Assembly: GCA_030390025.1 (NCBI GenBank)
Contig: JASTWF010000033.1
Location: 4,590,001-4,654,000, forward strand
Source of the DNA: Squalus acanthias
Taxonomy: Eukaryota
DNA length: 64,000 bases
Direction: 5' to 3'
Part shown: piece after piece, positions 36,901 to 47,344 of the stretch
Layout: each line of letters opens with the position of its first letter
Numbering within the stretch: position 1 is the stretch's first letter
The notes under the pieces: model-generated
Told to the model about the DNA's origin: nothing
The model's database searches: none
The model's input: the letters and a program-made list of their open reading frames with translations, nothing else
Translations under genes and position numbers: made by a program

Positions 36901-37940
36901 CAGGGTGAGAGAGAGACTGAGAGAGAGTGAGACCGAGATTAAGTCAGAGTGAGACCGAGACAGAGAGAGAGTGAGACCGAGACTGAGAGAGAGTGAGACC
37001 GAGACTGAGAGAGAGTGAGACCGAGACTGAGAGAGAGTGAGACCGAGACTGAGAGAGAGTGAGAGACCGAGACTGAGACAGAGTGAGAGACCGAGACTGA
37101 GAGAGAGTGAGACCGAGACTGAGAGAGAGTGAGACCGAGACTGAGTCAGAGTGAGAGACCGAGACTGAGAGAGAGTGAGACCGAGAGTGAGTCAGGGTGA
37201 GAGAGAGACTGAGAGAGAGTGAGACCGAGATTAAGTCAGAGTGAGACCGAGACAGAGAGAGAGTGAGACCGAGACAGAGAGAGAGTGAGACCGAGACTGA
37301 GAGAGAGTGAGACCGAGACTGAGAGAGAGTGAGACCGAGATTGAGAGAGAGTGAAACCGAGACTGAGAGAGAGTGAAACCTAGACTGAGAGAGAGTGAGA
37401 CCGAGACTGAGAGAGAGTGAGAACGAGTCTGAGAGAGAGTGAAACCGAGACTGAGAGAAAGTGAGACCGAGACTGAGAGAGAGTGAGACCGAGACTGAGA
37501 GAGAGTGAGACCGAGACTGAGCGAGAGGGAGAGAGAGGCTGAGAGAGAGAGAGGCCTAGACTGAGAGAGAGTGAGTCCGAGACTGAACGAGAGTGAGACC
37601 GGGACTGAGGGAGAGGGAGACCGAGTCTGAGAGAGAGTGAGACCGAGACTGAGAGAGAGTGACACCGAGACTGAGCGAGAGGGAGAGAGAGACTGAGAGA
37701 GTGTGAGTTCGAGACTGAGCGAGGGGGAGAGAGAGTCTGAGAGAGAGAGAGGCCTAGACTGAGAGAGAGTGAGTCCGAGACTGAGGGAGAGGGAGACCGA
37801 GACTGAGCGAGAGGGAGAGAGAGACTGAGAGAGAGAGGCCGAGACTGAGAGAGAGTGAGTCCGAGACTGAACGAGAGTGAGACCGGGTTTGAGGGAGAGA
37901 GAGACCGAGACTCAGAGAGGGAGCACGGCTGAGAGAGAGG
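18956..37940 (+). repeat. 22-bp tandem satellite (GAGACTGAGAGAGAGTGAGACC)n, ~19 kb, roughly 860 units by length
   Basis: Period read directly; the 22-aa periodicity of the minus-strand ORFs (3 units = 66 bp) agrees. Confidence 0.98.
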
Positions 37941-37949
37941 ACGACGCAC

Positions 37950-37999
37950 AGAACCCGTTCTTTATCTGCCCTTGGAGTGTTTTGTGGGACAGTGTAGAG
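37950..37999 (+). repeat. Left remnant of the 67-bp minisatellite, split off by the CR1
   Basis: ggagtgttttgtgggacagtgtagag matches the unit at 39800-40247. Confidence 0.75.
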
Positions 38000-39797
38000 C
38001 ATAGAAGCATAGAAGCATAGGAGCAGGAGTAGATCATTCGGCCCCTCGGACCTGCTCCGCCCTTTAATGAGCTCATGGCTGATCATCCAAATTCAGTACC
38101 CAGCCCCTGCTTTCTCCCCAAATCCCTTGATCCCTTTAGCATTAAGAAATATATCTATCTCCTTCTTGAATATATTTAATGAATTGTGCTCAACTGTCTT
38201 CTGTGGTAGAGAAATCCACAGGTTCACCACTCTCTGGGTGAAGAAATTCCTCCTCATCTCAGTCCTAAATGGCTTACCCCTTATCCTTCGACTGTGACCT
38301 TTGGTTCTGGACTCCTCCGCCATCGGGAACATCCTTCCTGCATCTAGTCTGTCTAGTCCTGTTAGAATTTTATAAGTTTCAATGCGATCCGCTCTCATTC
38401 TTCGAAAATCTAGCGAATATAAGCGTAATCCACCCAATCTCTCCTCATACGTCATTCCTGCCATCCCAGGTATCAGTCTGGTGAATCTTCGCTGCACTCC
38501 CTCCATGGCAAGAACATCCTTCCTCAGATAATGCGACCAAAACTGCACACAATACTCAAGGTGTGGTCTTACCAAGACCTTGTACAACTGCAGCAAGACA
38601 TCCTTGCTCCTGTACTCGAATCCTCTCGCTATGAAGGACAACATACCATTTGCCTTCTTAACCGCCTACCGCACCTGCATGCTTCCCTTCAGCGATTGGT
38701 GCACACGGACTCCCAGATCTCGTTGCGATTCCCCTTTTCCCAATCTGTTGCCATTCAGATAATAGTCTGTCTTCCTGTTTTTGCCACCAAAGTGGATAAC
38801 CTCGCATTTGTCACATTATACTGCATCTGCCATGCATCTGCCCAATCACCCAACCTGTCCAAATCATACTGGAGTTTCTCTGCATCCTCCTCACACCACA
38901 CACGCCCACCCAGCTTTGTGTCGTCTGCAAACTTAGAGATATTACATCTAGTTTCTTTTTCCAGATCATTAATATAAATTGTGAATAGCTGGGGTCCTAG
39001 CACAGATCCCTGTGGTACCCCACTAGTCACTGCCTGCCACTCGGAAAAAGACCCGTTTATTCCAACTCTTTGCTTCCTGTCTGCCAACCACTTCTCTATC
39101 CAAATCAGTACCTCACCCACATTCCCAGGTGCTGTAACTTTGCACGCTTATCTGTTATGCGGGACCTTATCAAAAGCCTTCTGAAAGTCCAGATACACCA
39201 CATAAACTGTTTCTCCCTTATCTATTCTACCAGTTACATCCTCAAAAAATTCCACTAGATTAGTCAGGCATGATTACCCTTTTCTAAATCCATGTTGACT
39301 TTGTCCGATCCTGTCACTGTTTTCCAAGTGCTCTGCTATGACATATTTTATAATGGACTCTAGCATTTTGCCCACTGCCGATGTCAGGCTTACCGGTCTA
39401 TAATTCCCCGTTTTATCTCTACCACCTTTTTTAAATATTGGGCTTACATTATCTTCCCTCCAATCCATGGGAACTGTTCCAGAGCCTATAGAATTTTGAA
39501 AGATGACCAGCAATGCATCTACTTTTTCTCGGGCCACTTCCTTAATTACGCTCGGATGTAGATTACAGGCCCTGGGCATTTATCGGCCTTCAATCCCGTT
39601 AAGTTCCCTAGCACCATTTCCCTACAAATAGTGATTTCATTCAATTCCTCCCTTTCATTAGACCCTATATTCCCCGACATCTCTGGGAGTTTATTTGCGT
39701 CCTCCTTTGTGAAGACAGTACCAAAGTATGTATTTAATTCGTCAGCCATGTCTTTGTTCCCCATTATAAATTCCCCTGATTCTGACTGCAAGGGACC
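38000..39797 (-). mobile_element. 5'-truncated, frameshifted CR1 LINE
   Basis: Split ORF2 pieces: [42 protein letters not shown]; catagaag tail. Confidence 0.93.
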
Positions 39798-40247
39798 TAG
39801 AGAGAGCTTAATTTTGTATCTATCGCGTGCTTTTAATGCCCTGGGAGTGTTTGATTTGACAGTGCAGGGGGAGCTTTAGTCTCATTCGAAGCCTTGCTGT
39901 ATCTGCATTGGGAGTGTTTGATGGGACAGTGTAGAGGGAGCTTTACTCTGTATCTAACCCGTGCTGTACCTGCATTGGGAGTGTTTGATGGGACAGTGTA
40001 GAGGGAGCTTTACTCTGTATCTAACCTGTGCTGTATCTGCATTGGGAGTGTTTGATGGGACAGTGTAGAGGGAGCTTTACTCTTTATCTCACCCTTGGTA
40101 TACCGGCCCTGGGAGTGTTTGATGGGACAGTGTAATGGGAGCTTTACTCTGTATCTCACCCTTGATATACCTGCCCTGGAAGTTTTTGATGGGACAGTGT
40201 AGATGGAGTTTTACTCTGTATCTAACCCCGAGCTGTACCTGCCGGGG
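39798..40247 (+). repeat. ~67-bp minisatellite (ggagtgtttgatgggacagtgtagagggagctttactctgtatctaacccgtgctgtacctgc..), ~6-7 copies
   Basis: tgcattggga at 39904, 39971, 40038. Confidence 0.92.
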
Positions 40248-40479
40248 GAACAGATTAAACTAAAATGGCTGTCATTAACCACGCCTCAAATTCCTGAGCA
40301 TTCATCTGAGACTGTTTTTGTGTCGGTCAGTCCTGTTAGTACAAAATTCTTTCTGTTCAGCCTGTAAGGTTCTGTCTAGCGCTGGGGTCCGGGTTCCTCG
40401 GGCAGTTCCTTCACGGGTCAATGCTGAGTGTTGCTATTGAACCCTGGGAGTCGTCACGGTCAGACTCTATCGTGATTTA

Positions 40480-40565
40480 TGCTTCCATAACATCGGCCAT
40501 CTCCGCCCCTGCCTGAGCTCATCTTCTGCTGAAACCCTCAACCATGTCTTGGTTACCTCTAGACA
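40480..40565 (+). mobile_element. L2-type LINE fragment
   Basis: Resembles NIARLRPCLSSSAAETLIHAFVTSRL; similar to the L2 at 53.7-54.0 kb. Confidence 0.6.
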
Positions 40566-40629
40566 CGATATCCTGAGAACAAATAGTTATAAATAATGTA
40601 ATAGGAATATAATAAATGGTTTTTAATTC

Positions 40630-42366
40630 ACTGATTGAATTGGTACTAAGTAAAATAATGGGACTCAAGGCGGATAAATCCCCTGGACCTGATGGCTCAC
40701 ATCCTAGGGTCTTGAGAGAAGTGGCAGTAGCAATTGTGGATGGTTTGGTAATAATGTTCCAAAACTCCCTGAACTCAGCAAAGGTCCCGGCAGATTGGAA
40801 AACTGCTAATGTAACACCCTTATTTAAAAAGGGTTGTAGGCAGAAGGCTGGAAATTATAGACCAGTTAGCCTAACATCTGTGGTGGGTAAAATTTTGGAG
40901 TCTATTATTAAGGAGACAGTAACGGAACATTTAGATAAACATAATTTAATAGGACAAAGTCAGCATGGCTTTATGAAGGGGAATCATGTCTGACAAATTT
41001 GCTCGAGTTCTTTGGGGACATAACGTACAGGGTGGATAAAGGGGAACCAGTGGACGTAGTGTATTTAGACTTCCAGAAGGCATTCGACAAGGTGCCACAT
41101 AAAAGATTATTACTCAAGATAAAAAATCACTGGATTGGGGGTAATATTCTGGCATGGGTGGAGGATTGGTTATCTAACAGGAAGCAGAGAGTTAGGATAA
41201 ATGGTTCATTCTCAGACTGGCAAACAGTAGCCAGTGGTGTTCGGCAGGGGTCGGTGCTGGGTCCCCAACTCTTTACAATCTATATTAACGATTTGGAGGA
41301 GGGGACCGAGTGTAACATATCAAAGTTTGCAGATGATACAAAGATGGGAGGGAAAGTAGAGAGTGAAGAGGACATAAAAAACCTACAAGGGGATATAGAC
41401 AGGCTGGGTGAGTGGGCACAGATTTGGCAGATGCAATACAATATTGGAAAATATGAGGTTATGCACTTTGGCATGAAAAATCGGAGAGCAAGTTATTATC
41501 TTAATGGCGAGCAACTGGAAAGTACTGCAGTTCAAAGGGATCTGGGGGTCTTGGTGCAAGAAAATCAAAAAGTTAGTATGCAGGTGGAGCAGGTGATCAA
41601 GAAAGCCTATGTACTGTTGGCTTTTATTGCTAGGGGGATAGAATATAAAAACAGGGAGGTATTGCTGCAGTTGTATAGGGTATTGGTGAGACCGCACCTG
41701 GAGTACTGCATACAGTTTTGGTGTCCATACTTAAGAAAATACATACTTGCTCTCGAGGCAGTACAAAGAAGGTTCACTCGGTTAATTCCGGGAATGAGGG
41801 GGTGGACATACAAGGAGAGGTTGAGTAGATTGGGACTCTACTCATTGGGGTTCAGAGGAATGAGAGGCGATCTTATTGAAACATATAAGATTGTGAAGGG
41901 GCTTGATCGGGTGGACGCGGTGAGGATGTTCCCAATGATGTGTGAAACTAGAACTAGGGGACATAATCTTAGAATAAGGGGCTCCTCTTTCAAAACTGAG
42001 ATGAGGAGAAACTTTTTCACTCGGAGGGTAGTGGGTCTGTGGAATTTGCTACCCCAGGAAGCTGTGGAAGCTACTTCATTAAATAAATTTAAAACAGAAA
42101 TAGACCGTTTCCTAGAAGTAAAGGGTATCAGGGGTTACGGGGAGCGGGCTGGAAATTGGATATGAGTTTGAGTTCGGATCGGTCAAGGCCCTGTGAGTGG
42201 CGGAGCGGGCCCAGGGGCCGAGTGGCCTGGTCCTGCTCCTGCTTCTTGTGTTCTTTAGAGTTGAGGTTGGATCAGATCAGCCATGATCTCATTGAATGGC
42301 GGAGCAGGCTCGAGGGGCCGATTGGTCTTCTCCCCCTCTATTTCTTATGTTCTTATGTTCTTATGT
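40630..42366 (+). mobile_element. 5'-truncated CR1 LINE, same subfamily as 12809-14082; one frameshift near 40980
   Basis: ORFs 40616-40993 and 40999-42165 (DKSPGPDG, YLDFQKAFDKVPH, FADD); (TTCTTATG)n tail. Confidence 0.95.
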
Positions 42367-42409
42367 AAGGCCTGTGATCAGAGCGGGGCGTCATGCTCCG
42401 CTAAACAAA

Positions 42410-42960
42410 TTGCATAGAATGTACAGCACAGAAACAGGCCATTCATTCCATCGAGCCTGTGTCAGCTCTTTGAAAGAGCTATTCAATTAGTGCCCCTCCC
42501 CTCTTCTTTTCCATTATTCCTGCAAATCCCTCACTTCCATAAGTGATCCCGTTCCTTTTTGAAAGTCATACTGATCTTCTTCTATCACATTTTCAGGCAG
42601 TGCATACACGATCATAACAACTCGCTTCTTAGAACAGATTCTCCTCATCATCCCTCTGATTCTTTTCCGAATTATCTTATATCTTTGTCTTCTGGTTAAC
42701 GACCAGATATTTTCTCCTTATTTACTCTATGAAATCAGTCATACTTTTGAACATCTCCATTAAATCTCCCTTTTTATTGCGTGCTCTCTGGAGAACAACT
42801 TCAGCTTCACTTGTCTCTCCGCATAAATTATGTCCTTCATCCTTGGTACCATTCCAGTAAATCTCCTTTGTGTCCACTCCAAGTCCTTGAAATCCTGCCT
42901 AAAGTGTGCAGCGAAGAATTGGACACAATACTCCAGCCGGGGCTTAAAATTGTACAGTTA
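42410..42960 (-). mobile_element. Old degraded CR1 3' fragment
   Basis: catagaatgtacagcacagaaacaggccattc terminus; ..ggacacaatactccag (LEYCVQ-like on -). Confidence 0.7.
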
Positions 42961-43054
42961 AGTTTATATTTTCTCTACTCATTTTCCTCCCAGATTTATC
43001 GTGCACATTTCTCTGCATTAAATGTCTTTAGTCTTTATTTCATTTTTATTAATA

Positions 43055-44042
43055 CATCTGTTGTGGCCATGGATGACAGGGTCAGCAATTAATGCACATC
43101 CTTAATTGCCCTTGAGAAGGTGGAGTTAAGCCACCTTCAGGAAGCGCTGCAGCCCGTGAGCTGAAGGTTCCCCCACAGAGCTGTTAGGAAGGGAATTGCA
43201 GGATTTTGACCCAACGACGATGAAGGAACGGCGATATACTTCCAAACCAGGAAGGTGTCTGAATTGGAAGGGAACTTGGAGGTGGTACGTTTCCTTACAC
43301 CTGCTGCCCTTGTCCTTCTAGGTGATAGAGTTCGCGGGTTTGTGAGATGCTGTCGAAGAAGCCTTGGCCAGTTGCTGCAATGCATCTTGTAGATGGTACA
43401 CACTGCAGCCACGGTGCGCCGGCGATGGAGGGAGTGAACGTTTAATGTCCTGGTTTTGGTGCCAATCAAACAGGCTGCTTTGCACTGGGTGATGTCGAGA
43501 ATCTTGAGTGTTGTTGGAGCTGCACTCATCCAGGCAAGTGGAATGTATTCCATAACACTCCTGACTTGTGCCTTGTATTTGGTGGTAATGCTTTGGGATG
43601 TCAGGATGTGAGACAATCGGAGTAGAATACCCAGGCTCTGACCTGATTTTGTAGACACAATTCTTATGTGGCTGGTCCCGGTCCAGTTAAGTTTCTGTTG
43701 AATGGTGACCCTCAGGATAATGATGGTGGGGGATTTGGCGGTGGTAATGCCACTGAATGTCACGGGGAGGTGACACTTGTTAGAGATTGTCATTGCCTGG
43801 CACTAGTTTTGTGCGAGTGTTAATTGCCACTTATCAGCCCAAGCCTGAAATTCGACCGGGTCTTGCTGCATGTGGACACGGGCTGCTTCATTATCTGAGT
43901 AGTTTCGAATGGAAGTGACCACTGCAAACTTAAGCGAATATCCACATTTCTGACCATATGATGAAGGGATGGTCATTGATGAAGCAGCTGAAGATGGTTG
44001 GGCCAATGAGACTTCATTGAGCAACTCCTGCAGCGACGTCCT
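43055..44042 (-). mobile_element. Degraded non-LTR retrotransposon 3' part, family distinct from the CR1/L2 copies here
   Basis: ORF 43137-43793: YKAQVRSVMEYIPLAWMSAAPTTLK..KAACLIG..SLHRRRTVAAVCTIYKMH. Confidence 0.85.
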
Positions 44043-44044
44043 CA

Positions 44045-44075
44045 TATATATATATATATATATATATGGCATAAT

Positions 44076-44118
<43 letters not shown>
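44045..44118. repeat. (TA)n microsatellite, two tracts
   Basis: Direct reading. Confidence 0.97.
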
Positions 44119-44119
<1 letters not shown>

Positions 44120-44122
<3 letters not shown>

Positions 44123-44705
44123 TAGATCATTAATATTTATCAAAAAGATCAATGGTTAGAATAGGTACCCCTTGGGGAACCACTGGATACTTCCCTCCAG
44201 TCTGAACAACAACCATTCATCACTGCTTTTTGTTTTCTGTCCCTAGCCAAAGTCAGATCCCCATTGCCACAGCCCCTTTAGACTTAACGAGTTTGTTTAA
44301 TGGCACTTCATTAAATGGATTTTTAAAGTCCAAACACGCCAAACTCATCAATCCTCTACGTTAATTCATCAAAAAACTTAATCAAGATTGTCAGACACAC
44401 TTTGCCGTTAACATTTCTGTGCTGGTTGTCATTTATTAATCCATGTTTCTATCCAAGTGACAGATAATTTTCTCCGGGAATATGGCCTCTAGAAGTTTCC
44501 CCTCCGCCGACGTTAGCCTGACTGTCCTGTAGTTACAGGGTTTATCGCTCACTTCTTTTTTATAACTGGGTGTAGCATTTGCAACCGTGCAATCCTTTGG
44601 CACCACTCCCATATCCAAGGAGGATTGAAAGATTCTGGCCAGATCCTGCGCTATTTCCACCATTCCTTCACTCAGCAATCCTCATACATTCCATCCGGAC
44701 CGCGG
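44120..44705 (-). mobile_element. Old CR1 ORF2 fragment
   Basis: IFQSSLDMGVVPKD..ANATP..NYRTVRLTS..GKLLE; SGSPRG region. Confidence 0.8.
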
Positions 44706-44919
44706 AAAAGTTCTAATTTACTATGGTAGAAAACGTGCTGGATTGAAAATGGTTAACTTAAACTGTTTGTTCATTGACTGTAATTAATGTCAGTCTCCAT
44801 GGACCCAAATTGTATCAGTGCAAGGTTTCCCTCTTCTATTAATAAGGGACTCCTTTCAATGTGTTATCCCATAGTATCAGTGACGGCATTACCTCTGGTA
44901 CTAACAGGGATCAGCGCGC

Positions 44920-45111
44920 TGCTCCACAGAGAGGGAGTCGGAATCTGAGAAGAGTAGATTGGAATGTTACACAATGGGCAAGAGTTTTTCCTCGGCGTTT
45001 GACTTTCTTTATGAATATTATGATATGCTATCATTACAAGTCGGATCCTTTACGCACTTCAGACGATTCAATCCATTTACTATCCCCTCCTTGCTGTTGT
45101 TGGTGTTCCTG
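44920..45111 (+). pseudogene. Frameshifted first coding exon of a GPR139-like class A GPCR (N-terminus and start of TM1)
   Basis: 45042-45111 reads RILYALQTIQSIYYPLLAVVGVP then G|gtaag donor; ATG 44974 (MGKSFSSAFDFLYEYYDMLSLQ) is out of frame by 1 bp; in-frame TGA at 45021. Confidence 0.7.
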
Positions 45112-45215
45112 GTAAGGCTCTCTATATTGCTATTACGTCTATAAACCGTGTTTAACAGCATTACTGTTCTTATCTTTTACTCTCCCCTCCTTTGCTGCGG
45201 TTGTTATTCCAGGTA

Positions 45216-45331
45216 GAAAGAAAAATAAAGGCTTTCATTTATATAGAGTCTTTCACGACAACCGTACGTCTCAAAGTGCTTTACAGCCAATTAAGTACTT
45301 TTTGAAGTCGAGTCACTGTTGTAATGTGGGT
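45216..45331 (-). mobile_element. 3' fragment of Deu-type (SacSINE1-like) SINE
   Basis: Matches 46735-46835. Confidence 0.8.
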
Positions 45332-45494
45332 TGTCTCTGTATCCAGCTATTAACTCTCCAAACCTTTGCCGACTGTATTACTATTCTCGGAAGTTACTCT
45401 CTCATCTTTGCCACTGTTGGTGCTCCTGTTAAGTCTCTGCATCCAGCAATTAGATCTGCTCACCACGTCTCACTGTATTACTGTATTTGTCATT

Positions 45495-45970
45495 TAAATC
45501 TTGGGAATACCAAAACCATTGCCTTCATTCCTCGTTACAAAGTCCATTGTTTTAATCTACCAATTCAATCCCCCTCCCTGGCCAACGTGTGAGGATGAAC
45601 CAGACTATTCGCAAGCACGGCGTTTTTTTGACCCTGAGCTGAGTACCGACTTCGTATCCTCTGAATCACCAGTTCTGCCTAAAACCACCTCCATAATATC
45701 GACCGTGCCCGCATCTCCTCAGCCCTTCCACTGCAGAAACCCTCACCCATGCCTTTGTTAAACCTGACTGGACTATTCCAATAATCTCCTGGCTGACCTC
45801 CATAAACTTAAGCTCATTCAAAACTCTGCTGCCCATAACCGAACACGCACCATTTCCTGTTCACCCATCAACCCTTTGCTCGCTGACCAACATTTGCTCC
45901 CGAGCGGTAAATGCCTCGATCTTAATATTCTTATCATTAAGATCAAATCCCAACGTGGCCTCACCCCTAC
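45495..45970 (+). mobile_element. Degraded L2 LINE 3' fragment
   Basis: Homologous to reverse complement of ~53.65-54.1 kb (gactattccaa..ctcctggctg..cccatcacc). Confidence 0.75.
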
Positions 45971-46149
45971 AATTAGTCCCATTCTCCAGTTCTTTTCCCG
46001 TAGTCCTGCAAATTGTTACCCTTCAAGTATTAATCCATTTCCCCTTTTAAAGTTAATTTATTCCCTGCTGTGCCTCTCCCAGTAATTCTGTCACTATTTT
46101 TCTTTCTCTCTGTCTCTCACTCTCCCACTTCTCTCTCTCTGTTTCTTGC

Positions 46150-46530
46150 TCATAGAATCATAAAATGGTACAGCACAGAAGGAGGCCATTCGGCCCATCG
46201 TGTCCGTGCCTTCTGTTTGAAAGAGCTGTCTCATTATTCCTACTCTTTAGCCAGAGCCCTATAAAAAAATCCTCTTCAACTAATTATCCCATTACCTTTC
46301 GACAGTTACTATTGAATCTTCTTCCACCACGTTCTCAGACAGTGCATTCCAGATCACAATAACTCACTGCAAAAAGAAAATTCTCCTCATCGCTCCTCTG
46401 GTTCTTTTGCCTATTACCTTAAATCTGTGACCTCTGTTTAACCACCTTTCTGCCACTGGATAAAACAATTGACAAATGCACTCGATCAAATCCCATCAAA
46501 GTTTTGAAATCTATATTAAATCTCCCTTTA
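46150..46530 (-). mobile_element. Old CR1 3' fragment
   Basis: catagaatcataaaatggtacagcacagaaggaggccattcggcccatc terminus. Confidence 0.75.
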
Positions 46531-46534
46531 TGAA

Positions 46535-47330
46535 AAAGGACTAAGATAGAGAAGGTGTAAAAGGTTTCAAGTTGAGAAAGGTCAATTTTACTAAGCTGAG
46601 ATGTGAGTCACCAAAAGTGAACTGGAAACAGCTACTTGAAGGTAAATCAGTGTCACAGCAGTGGGGGGCATTCAAGGAGGAGATAGTGACGGTTCGGAGC
46701 AAATATGTTCCCACAAAGAAAAAAGGAAAAGGAAGACTTGCATTTCTATAGCGCCTTTCACGGCAAGCGGACGTCTCAACGCGCTTTACAGCCAATGAAG
46801 TATATTTGAAGTGGAGTCACTGTTGTATTGTGGGAAACACGGCAGCCCATTTGCGCACAGCAAGGTCCCACAAACAGCAATGTGATAATGAACAGATAAT
46901 CTGTTCTGTTATGTTGATTTAAAGGTAAATATTTGCCAGGACACCGGGGATAACTCACCTGCTTTTCTTCGAAATGGTGACACGGGGTCTTTTACGTCCA
47001 CCTGAGAGAGCAGACGGGCTCTCGATTTAACGTCTCATCCGAAAGACGGCACCTCCGACAGTGCAGCACTCGACTGGAGTGTCAGCATAACTTTATGTGC
47101 TCAGGTCCCTGGAGTGGGACTTTAAACCACAACCTTCTAACTCAGAGGCGAGTGTGCTACCAACTGAGCCACAGTTGACAAAAAGAATGGGACTCAACAA
47201 ACTAGAGCCCAATGAATGTAAAGGAGCATACAGGGAAGTATAAGGGAAATAAGGGAAGCGTTTCTCAGATACTGAGAGCTCACAACTACAGAGAGCCAAC
47301 AGGAGTATATAAATTGCAGGGGTTAAAAAG
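46535..47330 (+). mobile_element. Degraded CR1 EN-RT linker fragment interrupted by a SINE
   Basis: NWKQLLEGKSVSQQWGAFKEEIV..KYVP; appears to resume after 47180. Confidence 0.6.
46730..47178 (-). mobile_element. Full-length tRNA-derived Deu-type SINE (SacSINE1-like)
   Basis: Head on -: tggctcagttggtagc..ggtttaaagtccc (A/B boxes); L2-like tail; colinear with 62054-63461. Confidence 0.85.
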
Positions 47331-47344
47331 GATTTCATAGGATT

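Noticed and set aside
20532..37949. Minus-strand ORFs up to 1515 aa with a 22-aa repeat
   Set aside because: The 22-bp unit has no stop codon on that strand; the periodicity simply mirrors the satellite
39798..40247. 67-bp repeat as a CRISPR repeat-spacer array
   Set aside because: The whole unit is repeated; there is no variable spacer
40250..40480. Unassigned unique-looking stretch (also 4140-4420, 56105-56250, 56405-56600)
   Set aside because: No convincing exon, RNA fold or repeat identity by eye
47100..47178. tRNA genes at SINE heads (also ~62054 and ~56960-57040)
   Set aside because: Degenerate A/B boxes run straight into SINE bodies; no complete cloverleaf
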